Part shown: piece by piece, positions 1-7,813 of the stretch | Position numbering within the stretch: position 1 is the first letter of the stretch | How the letters are laid out: every line of letters starts with the position of its first letter | DNA from: a virus | Direction: 5' to 3' (one strand) | IMG/VR virus record: IMGVR_UViG_3300042351_000809 | DNA: 64,000 nt | Notes under the pieces: generated by a model | What the model was told of the DNA's origin: nothing | The model's database searches: none | The model's input: the letters and a program-made list of their open reading frames with translations, nothing else | Translations under genes and position numbers: made by a program

Positions 1-95
1 TCAAGAAGTTTCATCGTCGCTGCGATTTCCTTCTTTAACCAAACAGAAGTTTTCTTAATCATAAGGCACTGATTTTTTGCTTCTCTTTCAGTCAT
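1..95 (-). CDS. 5' part of a hypothetical protein running off the window (MTEREAKNQCLMIKKTSVWLKKEIAATMKLL...)
   Basis: ATG at 95-93 overlaps the TGA of the 92..544 gene (ATGA coupling); frame is open to the window edge. Confidence 0.6.
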   Translation of the reverse strand, partial: MTEREAKNQCLMIKKTSVWLKKEIAATMKLL

Positions 96-544
96 TTTTC
101 AGCCTTTATCTCTTCTAGGATAGCAAGCAGATCATTATCATAATTACTAATCCAACCACTATTAAATCCAGCTTGATCTTTGCAAAGAGTTTTAATCCAA
201 CCTTTTGAATTGATTCCTACAGTTTCGTTAAAAACTCCACTCTCCTCGCAAATGAAACAGCTTAAAGATTCTGCCGCAGATACATGATTAAAAATTTCTT
301 CGTTGTCAGTTCCAGTGTGGTAAACTCTAAGAGATCCAAATTTTTCTTTAACTTGCAGAACGATGAAAGAATCTTTTTCCTCTGGCGGCTTGTCTTTGTT
401 TATGTAATTGAGAGAGTTTTCAACTCGCAAAAACATCCAATTTAAGATAAAAAACCACCCATCAGAGCAATCAAATGAAAGTCCTTTAGAGTCAAAGAAC
501 GAGGAGAAACGATTGCAAAGATAATTTTCTAGTTTTGCGTTCAT
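92..544 (-). CDS. conserved phage hypothetical protein
   Basis: 150 aa; DGWF...QVKEKFGSLRVY...ICEESG...GWIKTLC pattern typical of a widespread phage family; ATGA-coupled on both sides. Confidence 0.75.
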   Translation of the reverse strand: MNAKLENYLCNRFSSFFDSKGLSFDCSDGWFFILNWMFLRVENSLNYINKDKPPEEKDSFIVLQVKEKFGSLRVYHTGTDNEEIFNHVSAAESLSCFICEESGVFNETVGINSKGWIKTLCKDQAGFNSGWISNYDNDLLAILEEIKAEK

Positions 545-840
545 ACCTTTTCAGATAAGTCTTCGATTACAGTATTTGATGTATCCCATTTAAGATACTT
601 AGCTAAACCCATTATATCAAATAATTCATCTTTTGCCCAAAGAATTTCTTTGTATGCACCAAGGTTAGACTCTCTTTCGCTTATAGATCCCATTGCAGCA
701 CAAGAAGAATAATTGTAAGCGAAGTCAACAGAGAAATATTCGTTCTCTGTTTCTCCCTTCCATATCTCAACTAAAAGTTCTAAATCAGTATTAAAAAATT
801 TCTCCATCAAAGTCAGGCGGCTAATTTTTAATTGCCTCAT
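541..840 (-). CDS. hypothetical protein
   Basis: Start moved from 894 to the ATG at 840-838, which overlaps the stop of the upstream glycosyltransferase (ATGA). Confidence 0.65.
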   Translation of the reverse strand: MRQLKISRLTLMEKFFNTDLELLVEIWKGETENEYFSVDFAYNYSSCAAMGSISERESNLGAYKEILWAKDELFDIMGLAKYLKWDTSNTVIEDLSEKV

Positions 841-1502
841 GTACTTAGAAGGATTTTCTTTTCGTGCTTCACTATTACTTGTGGATGTATCCATACTTTA
901 TGACCTTTTTCTTTAGCTTTGAGGCAGAAGCCTACGTCTTCCATGCAGAAGTCGTGAGCGTTGCCAATATTAAAAAAGATCGGCTGGAACCAAGGATAAT
1001 CCAAACTCTCAAAAACGCCTTTCTTAATTAAGATAAAACCAAATCCAGTGTAGTCAGCTACAAAGGGTTCCGTTTTACCCACTACATCTTCTCTCTGAAC
1101 GAACTTAAAGTAACCATTTTTTTCAAAAAACTTTTCGTCCCAATCGACCACAGTGGCAAATTGATTTGGCTCTCTTGAACCATTAGTCATTAAGTATAAA
1201 CCAGAAGCAATATCCTTCTCCATTTGAAGAAGTCTAATAAAGTCTTGAGGTTTGAAGACAATATCAGAATCTATCCAAAGTATATAATCATAATCAAAAG
1301 AACCTCCCCAAGGTTTTTGGCTCTTGCCAGCTTGGACATTGCCGCCAAGGCACATATTTCTTACATAGTAAATATTACAAGATTCCTTTCTTGAAAGAAA
1401 TACCTTGATGTTGTTGTGAAGACACCAATGATAAAATTCTAGAAAAGAATCAAAAAAAGACCCGGAAAAGTTATTTCCGGGGATGCAAATAACTAACTTC
1501 AT
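837..1502 (-). CDS. GT-A fold (GT2-like) glycosyltransferase
   Basis: YILWIDSD DxD motif, TGFGFILIKKGVFE, EDVGFC...H.K C-terminal pattern. Confidence 0.8.
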   Translation of the reverse strand: MKLVICIPGNNFSGSFFDSFLEFYHWCLHNNIKVFLSRKESCNIYYVRNMCLGGNVQAGKSQKPWGGSFDYDYILWIDSDIVFKPQDFIRLLQMEKDIASGLYLMTNGSREPNQFATVVDWDEKFFEKNGYFKFVQREDVVGKTEPFVADYTGFGFILIKKGVFESLDYPWFQPIFFNIGNAHDFCMEDVGFCLKAKEKGHKVWIHPQVIVKHEKKILLST

Positions 1503-1510
1503 AATAAGAA

Positions 1511-1657
1511 TTACTTCTTCGGCTTCTTCTTATCTTGATTCAGGCAAATCGCAACACGTTGCTTTGGATTTGGATATTCGTCCTTTGGAATGTCGGTCAT
1601 ACAACGTCCCATGAACTTTTTTGAGTCTTCACCTTTACGTTTATTTGGTACTGGCAT
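1511..1657 (-). CDS. 48-aa small phage protein (MPVPNKRKGEDSKKFMGRCM...EYPNPKQRVAICLNQ...)
   Basis: Below the ORF-track cutoff, translated by hand; fills the gap exactly; MP.P...F..RCM...EYP..KQR.AIC pattern is familiar from phage small proteins. Confidence 0.7.
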   Translation of the reverse strand: MPVPNKRKGEDSKKFMGRCMTDIPKDEYPNPKQRVAICLNQDKKKPKK

Positions 1658-1658
1658 A

Positions 1659-1820
1659 TTATTTAATTTTAATTTTTAACTGCAAATTTTTATTGGATTT
1701 TTCTTCGATGTAATTTTTAGCTGCTGCCTTTCCTTCTTTTGTATGAGGGAAAGCACCATAAGTGTAATTATTTTTCTTTGAAATTACAATATAAAATTTT
1801 TCACGTTTTAGTTTTGGCAT
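1659..1820 (-). CDS. 53-aa basic hypothetical protein (MPKLKREKFYIVISKKNNYTYGAFPHTKEG...)
   Basis: Below the ORF-track cutoff, translated by hand; same strand as neighbours; stop ends 1 nt before the next ATG. Confidence 0.6.
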   Translation of the reverse strand: MPKLKREKFYIVISKKNNYTYGAFPHTKEGKAAAKNYIEEKSNKNLQLKIKIK

Positions 1821-2082
1821 TTTTTTCCTTTTCCTTTTTTTCTACCTTGTCGATCTTAATGAGAAGATCTTCGATTTTCTTTTCCTCTATTTTTTTACGA
1901 GCCAAAAAAGTACCAAGTTTATGACGAAGGCTCTCTAGTTCAGTTTCATTTTCTAAAGAGAAGTCTTCTTTTTCAAGATCATCTATTTTTTGAATAATTT
2001 TAGCAGTCTCTTTAATCCACCAATTAGTACTTTTCTGAAGTAAGAGAGCTTCTTCAAAAATTTGATTCTCTTCAATAGTCAT
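1801..2082 (-). CDS. hypothetical coiled-coil protein
   Basis: 93 aa, K/E-rich helical; preceded by the GTGTAA motif. Confidence 0.65.
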   Translation of the reverse strand: MTIEENQIFEEALLLQKSTNWWIKETAKIIQKIDDLEKEDFSLENETELESLRHKLGTFLARKKIEEKKIEDLLIKIDKVEKKEKEKNAKTKT

Positions 2083-2100
2083 ATTCAGCTATATCTTATA

Positions 2101-2106
2101 TTACAC
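2101..2106 (-). promoter_or_regulatory. GTGTAA motif (candidate phage-sigma promoter)
   Basis: GTGTAATATAAG, 18 nt before ATG 2082, in an intergenic gap. Confidence 0.5.
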
Positions 2107-2123
2107 ATTTTATTTTATCGTGT

Positions 2124-2783
2124 TTATTTGGCTAACTCTGGCTCATTCTTGAACTCATAATACATAAGTTCCTCATCTCCAGCAGTCCACTTGTGAGCAA
2201 GACCTTCGCAAGAAAATTCGTGGCTAAAAGGTTTCCATGTTTTTGATTCTGCGGGTAATGAAGACCCAATGAATGCTCCTGAATCGCGCCAAATGATTCT
2301 ATTGTTTGGTTGAGCAAACATTTGACCTCCTTCTCCCCAAAATACATGAGCGCACTTATGTCCGCTTGAGATTTCAGAATACCCTAAATTATAATCTTCT
2401 CCATTACACCAATCAATTGTAAACGCATACTTAGCTGTATGCTTAGACTTATCTTTCATCAGCATATAGGCTGAAGCGTTTTTAAGATAATCGAATCTTT
2501 GGACTGAAAAATAATAACCGAAACAATCCCAAAGTTGAATCCAATGTAACTCAAAATTTGTTTGAGGCTCAGGAATTTTTGACAAGTAATGAATTGGAAC
2601 TCTAGCAAATTGCGCCCCGAATTCGCTCATTACGTTAAATAGCAAACACCTTCTGGAAATTGAAACTACTGAGAATATCTCTACAGGAATCCATTTTCCA
2701 CTTGTTCTTGGTAAAGAGTCATTAAGAAACGAAGTATCAAGGTATGCTGTTTGAGTTGGTATTGATGTAGTTAAATAAGCCAT
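2124..2783 (-). CDS. conserved phage hypothetical protein
   Basis: 219 aa; QLWDCF, Y.FTIDW, HKCAH, AQPNNRI.W motifs recurrent in aquatic phage proteins. Confidence 0.75.
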   Translation of the reverse strand: MAYLTTSIPTQTAYLDTSFLNDSLPRTSGKWIPVEIFSVVSISRRCLLFNVMSEFGAQFARVPIHYLSKIPEPQTNFELHWIQLWDCFGYYFSVQRFDYLKNASAYMLMKDKSKHTAKYAFTIDWCNGEDYNLGYSEISSGHKCAHVFWGEGGQMFAQPNNRIIWRDSGAFIGSSLPAESKTWKPFSHEFSCEGLAHKWTAGDEELMYYEFKNEPELAK

Positions 2784-2790
2784 AAAAATG

Positions 2791-2814
2791 AAAAACCCCG
2801 CACATAGGCGGGGA
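2791..2814 (-). terminator. intrinsic terminator after hsp20
   Basis: Minus strand CCCCGC-loop-GCGGGG followed by TTTTT, just after the hsp20 stop. Confidence 0.75.
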
Positions 2815-2819
2815 GTAAC

Positions 2820-3137
2820 TTAAGTTACTTTTATTTTTTTCGGTTGATGTTCGCCCTTTAGGGGAATTGTCAGAGTAAGCAATCCGTTTTCAGCGGATGC
2901 TTTTAGTTGAGAAGAATCTGCGGCAGACGGAATCCACAAAGATGCTTCTGCCTTCTTCTTTCCATTAGAAGCTTTAACGGTAACAAGATCTCCTTCATTT
3001 TCAGTCTTGATCGTTACATCCAAGTTTTCTTTAGAAAAACCCGGAACTTCAATCTCAGTAGTATATTGATTACTAAGCTTGTCTAGAGTGAATAAGTTTT
3101 TATTATTTGTTGGAGTATTAGAATATATGTATATCAT
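2820..3137 (-). CDS. small heat shock protein (Hsp20/alpha-crystallin domain)
   Basis: EVPGFSKENLDV and A.AENGLLTLTIP signature. Confidence 0.85.
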   Translation of the reverse strand: MIYIYSNTPTNNKNLFTLDKLSNQYTTEIEVPGFSKENLDVTIKTENEGDLVTVKASNGKKKAEASLWIPSAADSSQLKASAENGLLTLTIPLKGEHQPKKIKVT

Positions 3138-3152
3138 AGACGATTATCTTCT

Positions 3153-3169
3153 AGCAAGAATTGTGCCAA
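3153..3169 (-). promoter_or_regulatory. sigma54 (RpoN)-type -24/-12 promoter
   Basis: Minus strand TTGGCACAATTCTTGCT: GG-N10-GC with TGGCAC and TTGC boxes, 15 nt before the hsp20 ATG. Confidence 0.7.
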
Positions 3170-3239
3170 CCTTAAAACCCGCTTTTTTACTGCTTATTTG
3201 AGACATTCTGAGACAAAATTGGCTGTCACAGTGACAGAG

Positions 3240-3725
3240 TTACACTCCTGTACTTCCAAATCCGCCCGTTCTTTCGGTTGTAGACAAAGATTCAACCTGC
3301 TGCCAATCAACAGCATGATACTTTTCAATAATTAATTGAGCAATTCGGTCTCCAGCTTTAATATTAAAATCAAAACTTGAACCAGCGATATTTGGAGTAA
3401 GTCCCATCATGCTTGCAAGATCGATGCTTAGATTCATCAAGACAACTTTAACTTCTCCACGATAGCTAGAGTCTACAACGCCAGCAAGGACATCAATACC
3501 ATTCTTAACTGCCAAGCCGCTGCGAGGAGCAATTCTAGCGTAGTAACCTTGAGGCACTTCAACCGAAAGCCCAGTGCTAACGAGAGCGCGACTCATAGGC
3601 TTAATTCTTACATTCTCGGTTGCGTAAAGATCGTAGCCAGCATCTCCAGTCTTTTGACGAGACGGGACAATTGCTAGATTGTTTAGTTTAACGAATTTAA
3701 CTGTGACTATTGTTTCTATATCCAT
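3240..3725 (-). CDS. dut: dUTPase (trimeric)
   Basis: AGYDL, PRSGLA, GVVDSSYRGE, RIAQL, R.GGFGSTG motifs. Confidence 0.95.
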   Translation of the reverse strand: MDIETIVTVKFVKLNNLAIVPSRQKTGDAGYDLYATENVRIKPMSRALVSTGLSVEVPQGYYARIAPRSGLAVKNGIDVLAGVVDSSYRGEVKVVLMNLSIDLASMMGLTPNIAGSSFDFNIKAGDRIAQLIIEKYHAVDWQQVESLSTTERTGGFGSTGV

Positions 3726-4174
3726 AATTGTAAATGAGATTTGATTTTAGAAAGGCTTTCAGGATTTAATTCCTTATAGTAAATTTTGTAATATTCAAAT
3801 ATTTCTTTGAACTTGTTACATTGATCGTATTCCTTAATATAAAATACTCTTTGAATTTCATGAGAAACTATATCCTTCGCGCAAGCGAAGCAAGGCGATA
3901 TCGTCAAACATATAGTATCTGCATCTCCTTTTCTTATCAAAGACAAGGCGTTGGTTTCTGCGTGGAGCATTATTTCGCGCTTCTTAGGGCGATTTTTCTC
4001 CTCCTTCATCCAATCTTTAACAGGGAAGCCTTTTTTAAGACCATTGTACCCTGTTGAAATTATTCTGCCTTCTTTATTTAAGATGCAAGCTCCAACCTTG
4101 GTGTGCGGATCTTCACTTCTAGACGAAGCAGCAAGAGCCATCATGCACCCGTACTCATGCCAAGAAAGTCTCAT
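3716..4174 (-). CDS. dCMP deaminase
   Basis: SEDPHTKVGAC, TGYNG, HAETNAL, SPCFAC zinc motifs; start MRLSW at 4174 preferred over 4246 because a promoter lies just upstream. Confidence 0.9.
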   Translation of the reverse strand: MRLSWHEYGCMMALAASSRSEDPHTKVGACILNKEGRIISTGYNGLKKGFPVKDWMKEEKNRPKKREIMLHAETNALSLIRKGDADTICLTISPCFACAKDIVSHEIQRVFYIKEYDQCNKFKEIFEYYKIYYKELNPESLSKIKSHLQLWI

Positions 4175-4181
4175 GGAAAGT

Positions 4182-4246
4182 ATTCTCGCTGGAGCAAAAC
4201 AAAAGATCAAGTTTATTTGGACCTTTTTCTGGCATTCTTGTATCAT
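4182..4246. promoter_or_regulatory. back-to-back divergent sigma70-type promoters
   Basis: Minus: TTGATC(4210-4205)-N17-GAGAAT(4187-4182), 7 nt before ATG 4174. Plus: TGGACC(4218-4223)-N17-TATCAT(4241-4246), 5 nt before ATG 4252. Confidence 0.5.
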
Positions 4247-4251
4247 TGATT

Positions 4252-4671
4252 ATGACAATCGCTGACGCTTCAATTAAGTTATACCAATGGTATTTTAAAA
4301 ATGATAGTTTTTGTGAAAATGATTTTATAAAGATTCTTGAGATTTCTGAACAACCCGAATCTGAAAGAGCTTGCATTTTGTGCGCTCTTGAAGAATTTGA
4401 GAAAAATGGAGTCGTAAAGAAGGCTCTCTTTAATGAAAATAATTATTGGATTCTTTCTAAGAAGTTTGATGCCTATGAGCAGAATGTCATAATTTCTCCT
4501 AAAACTGCTTTCATAATCGCAGAAATTATTAATTCTTACTGCGCTTTAATTGAAAACGAATCTGAAAGATGCAACCCTGCTTCAGTCAGCGAGAAGGACA
4601 TCAAGAACCTTCTGGTCATCTTCAACGAGATGCGCGAAAAGATTTTTGACAAAACCAAAAACCCTGAATAG
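4252..4671 (+). CDS. hypothetical protein, possible winged-helix
   Basis: ~139 aa; AL..FEKNGVVKK helix-wing-like segment; ATG 4252 preferred. Confidence 0.6.
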   Translation: MTIADASIKLYQWYFKNDSFCENDFIKILEISEQPESERACILCALEEFEKNGVVKKALFNENNYWILSKKFDAYEQNVIISPKTAFIIAEIINSYCALIENESERCNPASVSEKDIKNLLVIFNEMREKIFDKTKNPE

Positions 4672-4674
4672 GAT
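4646..4674 (+). promoter_or_regulatory. sigma70-type promoter driving the non-coding region
   Basis: TTGACA(4646-4651)-N17-TAGGAT(4669-4674); predicted start ~4681. Confidence 0.75.
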
Positions 4675-4680
4675 GAGCTA

Positions 4681-5000
4681 GTTCTTTGTCTGGGTGAATA
4701 GCCTACTGGGGAGATCCCAGTTTGAACGCATCAGAGACATCAGGCCCGTAAAAAGACCCTAGTCAACTGGATCTAAGAAATCCAACGCCATTTCGGGAAA
4801 AGGCGACGTTCCGCAAGGAGAAGACTTTGAAAAAGCTGAAACCTCATTTTTCTCAAAAGAAAAAGCTGGCAGTTCGTCCTAAAATAAATCCCACCCGTGA
4901 AGACAAAGAACTTAAACAAAGAGTTAGTCATTAGCTAGGCTTTCTTGAGAAGGCCGAAGACCTGCGAAACAGGCTGCGAAGGATTGAAATGGGTAGCTCT
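4681..5000 (+). ncRNA. candidate structured non-coding RNA, family unknown
   Basis: No ORF; GC-richer than flanks; GTTCTTTGTCT(4681-4691) pairs with AGACAAAGAAC(4901-4911) and GGGTG with CACCC; several internal hairpins including a GCAA tetraloop; second domain closed by 4920-4932/4988-5000. Confidence 0.65.
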
Positions 5001-5087
5001 TGATTATTTTAAAACTCTATAATTATTTTTAGAGATGACAGCCTTTTCCTATTTTAACTCAAAGAAAAATCATAAAGCTGGCAGTTC
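4862..5087 (+). repeat. 14-bp direct repeat AAAGCTGGCAGTTC (4862-4875 and 5074-5087)
   Basis: Two exact copies, each preceded by CTCAAA(A)GAAAAA. Confidence 0.8.
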
Positions 5088-5089
5088 TC

Positions 5090-5118
5090 TTTACAAACAC
5101 ATCTCTTCTAGATACTAT
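5090..5118 (+). promoter_or_regulatory. sigma70-type promoter
   Basis: TTTACA-N17-TACTAT, 8 nt before ATG 5127. Confidence 0.65.
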
Positions 5119-5126
5119 GTTTTACT

Positions 5127-5759
5127 ATGTCTAACTTATTCCTAGGAATTGCTGGTGCTGCAACTGTAGGTAAGGATACTTACTATAGATTACTAAAGCA
5201 GATTTGCTCAGAAGAGTTTGGAGTGAATGTAATAAGATTTGCTCTTGCTGATTCGTTAAAGAGTGATTTGTATTCTTTGATCTTATATAAATACGGAGTT
5301 GACATTTTTAATTGCTCAACTGAGGATAAGAACAAGGTAAGGCATTTATTAGTAAGTCACGCTAGAGTAATGCGTCAAAATACTAAAGGCAGGTATTGGA
5401 TAGAAAAGCTTCAGTCTGAAATTGATGAGTACAAGAAATCTGAAAATTTTAAGCCTTCAGATATTTTTTGTGTAACAGATATTAGACACTTCGAATATTT
5501 AAAAGACGAAGTTGTTTGGATAAAGGAAGAAAATAAAGGAGTTTTAATTTATGTTGAAAAATATTTTTCAGACGGTTCAATTTGCAATCCTGCAAACGAT
5601 GACGAAAGCAGAAACGATCCCGCTCTTAGAGAACATTGCGATTATTTGCTTCGTTGGATGCATGGATCTGATGAACAAGCTTTGAAAATTTCCGTCAAAG
5701 AAAGTATTGACAACTTGATAAAACAAGGTAAGCTTTACGCACATGATAGACTCAACTGA
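5127..5759 (+). CDS. deoxynucleoside monophosphate kinase-like P-loop protein
   Basis: GIAGAATVGKDT Walker A, FALADSLK, VTDIRH..E as in T4 gp1-type kinases. Confidence 0.75.
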   Translation: MSNLFLGIAGAATVGKDTYYRLLKQICSEEFGVNVIRFALADSLKSDLYSLILYKYGVDIFNCSTEDKNKVRHLLVSHARVMRQNTKGRYWIEKLQSEIDEYKKSENFKPSDIFCVTDIRHFEYLKDEVVWIKEENKGVLIYVEKYFSDGSICNPANDDESRNDPALREHCDYLLRWMHGSDEQALKISVKESIDNLIKQGKLYAHDRLN

Positions 5760-6330
5760 CAATGAACTTGTAACGAAGGTAAAACTTCATCAATGCAACC
5801 AATCATTAAAGACTCTGATAGATAGGCATTCTCCTCTCTGTTTTGATATCTTTAAAAAATATAATAAGATTCTTCAAGAAAGAGGCGTAAGCCCAGAAGA
5901 TCTTGCTAATGAAAAAGATTACATTATTTACAAGTGTACTCTTAATTTTGATGAAACTCAAAATAGCAAATTCTCAACTTGGCTTGCTAACCACGTTAAA
6001 TACAAATGCTTAACAAACATTACTAAACATAAGTGGACGCTTTCCATAGATGATGAAAATCAAAAGAATCTTGTAGCAAATCTTAGTCAAGATACTAATG
6101 ATTTTGAAGAGAAGAAGGAGTACATTTTTAATCTCCTTTCTCAAATGAAAGATAAACGACTAGAGAAGATTATCATGTTGAGATACTATGGAGATAAGCC
6201 TTCTCGTAAGTGGAAAAATATTTCAAAAGAACTAGGCGTAACTTATCAGACAGCAATCACTTTACACAAAAAAGCTCTTGAGTTCTTGAAGACCAAAATA
6301 GAGAGTAAAGAAATGCAAGATTTCGTGTAA
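5743..6330 (+). CDS. phage-encoded RNA polymerase sigma factor (sigma70 family, regions 2 and 4)
   Basis: DNELV, FD....KFSTWL region 2; IIMLRY...ISKELGVT......HKKAL..LK region 4 HTH. Confidence 0.8.
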   Translation: MIDSTDNELVTKVKLHQCNQSLKTLIDRHSPLCFDIFKKYNKILQERGVSPEDLANEKDYIIYKCTLNFDETQNSKFSTWLANHVKYKCLTNITKHKWTLSIDDENQKNLVANLSQDTNDFEEKKEYIFNLLSQMKDKRLEKIIMLRYYGDKPSRKWKNISKELGVTYQTAITLHKKALEFLKTKIESKEMQDFV

Positions 6331-6336
6331 AAACAC

Positions 6337-6365
6337 TTTACTTTTTTTGTCAGGACAGGTAGTAT
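6337..6365 (+). promoter_or_regulatory. sigma70-type promoter
   Basis: TTTACT-N17-TAGTAT, 15 nt before ATG 6381. Confidence 0.55.
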
Positions 6366-6380
6366 TTACTTGCATATCTT

Positions 6381-6731
6381 ATGCCTACTCCTAATACTAA
6401 CAATACTGACAGTAATTCAATTCGACGCGAACTTGGCGCACTTTGGAGCCGCAAAGGCTCTAGTGGTTCTGAGTATCTAACTGGTAAGTTCCGACTTAAG
6501 GACATCAAGGATAACTTTGATGAAGTTAAGATCATTGTGTTCCCAAACAACAAGAAGAAGAACGACGGGTCTCCCGATTTTCAGATCTTCATGGAAAAGG
6601 CTCAGTACGAGACTTTAACTGGAACTCAAGTTCCATCAAACAACAACACGACCCGCCTAGCATCCAAGCCTACCGCAAAGCCAGCGAAGGCCGCTGTCAG
6701 TCAAGTTAATTCAGATGATGATTTGATCTAA
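6381..6731 (+). CDS. DUF736-like putative ssDNA-binding protein
   Basis: LGALW...YLTG...N.KK....PDF pattern, low-complexity linker, acidic tail DDDLI. Confidence 0.6.
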   Translation: MPTPNTNNTDSNSIRRELGALWSRKGSSGSEYLTGKFRLKDIKDNFDEVKIIVFPNNKKKNDGSPDFQIFMEKAQYETLTGTQVPSNNNTTRLASKPTAKPAKAAVSQVNSDDDLI

Positions 6732-6732
6732 C

Positions 6733-7812
6733 ATGAAATTTGCCCTACATCTTCCGGTAAACACGACCAGTTTTGGTCAGGTCTCAATTCAACTTCTTAA
6801 AGAGATTTATTCTTTGAAGTTGGAGCCATCTCTATTTATGATTGGCAATCCTGATTTCGGTCAGGAAGAGATTACGGAAGATTTTAAGAATTGGTTTAAT
6901 TCTTGTTTGAAGAAGGGTCTCCGATACCATTCAAGAAAAGATCCAGTTTTTAAACTGTGGCATATTAATGGCTCACTTGAGTCTTATAGTGATCGGCAGT
7001 TTTTACTTACTTTCCATGAACTTGATGCCCTCACTCAGACTGAAATTAATATCTTAAAGAATAATGACAAGGTATTAGTTTCTTCCCCTTATTCAGTGAA
7101 GGTATTCAGTGAACATGGGGTAGGTAATGTAAGTTATTTACCCCTGTTCTTTGACGCAAAGAATTTCAAAGCTACAAACAAGACTTACTTTAATGACGGC
7201 AGAATCACTTTTAATCTTTGTGGCAAGTTTGAAAAGCGTAAGCATCATGTAAAGGCAATCCGTGCATGGATCAATAAGTACGCTAACAATAGCAGCTACT
7301 CTTTACAGTGCGCTCTTTATAATAATTTTCTATCTCAAGAAGATAACACTAAATTGATTAACATGGCAGTTGAAGGCAAGAAATTCTTCAATGTCAGCTT
7401 TTTTGGGCACATGGCTCAAGTTAATCTTTATAATGAATTTCTAAATTCAGCAGACGTTGTTCTTGGAGCTTCAGGAGGCGAAGGTTGGGCATTACCAGAA
7501 TTTCAATCAGTTGCAATCGGAAAACATTCTGTAATTATTAATGCTCATGCTTATTCAGCTTGGGCTAATGATAAGAATTCAGTTCTAGTAAACCCATCAA
7601 GCAAAATTCCTGCTTATGACAATATGTTCTTTCACCAAGGGCAAGAATTTAATCAGGGAAATATTTTTGACTGGTCAGAAGATGCTTTTATTGAAGGCTG
7701 CGAAAAGGCAATCGCAAGAGTAAAGCAAAGCAAAATAAATCAAGAAGGTTTGAATCTTCAAGAGCAGTTCACCGTCAGAAAGACAACTGAACAGATCCTT
7801 TCTCTTTTTTAA
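6733..7812 (+). CDS. GT-B fold (GT4-like) glycosyltransferase
   Basis: GKFEKRK and SGGEGWALPEFQSVAIG (EG.GLP..E-like) motifs. Confidence 0.8.
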   Translation: MKFALHLPVNTTSFGQVSIQLLKEIYSLKLEPSLFMIGNPDFGQEEITEDFKNWFNSCLKKGLRYHSRKDPVFKLWHINGSLESYSDRQFLLTFHELDALTQTEINILKNNDKVLVSSPYSVKVFSEHGVGNVSYLPLFFDAKNFKATNKTYFNDGRITFNLCGKFEKRKHHVKAIRAWINKYANNSSYSLQCALYNNFLSQEDNTKLINMAVEGKKFFNVSFFGHMAQVNLYNEFLNSADVVLGASGGEGWALPEFQSVAIGKHSVIINAHAYSAWANDKNSVLVNPSSKIPAYDNMFFHQGQEFNQGNIFDWSEDAFIEGCEKAIARVKQSKINQEGLNLQEQFTVRKTTEQILSLF

Positions 7813-7813
7813 T

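Noticed and set aside
1762-1767. Other GTGTAA copies (1762, 3245 minus, 5471, 6325, 17064, 63890) as promoters
   Set aside because: They are inside genes, antisense to the local genes, lack the AT-rich tail, or are simply a Val codon plus stop; not counted as support
3223-3237. CTGTCAC-A-GTGACAG as the dUTPase terminator
   Set aside because: Very short loop and no U-tract directly after it on the minus strand; a protein-binding dyad fits better, though unproven
4681-5000. tmRNA, RNase P RNA, tRNA or group I intron as the identity of the structured region
   Set aside because: No tRNA-like acceptor/T-arm ends, no tag frame ending in an LAA-like peptide, no GAGGAAAGTCC-type P4 motif, and no interrupted host gene
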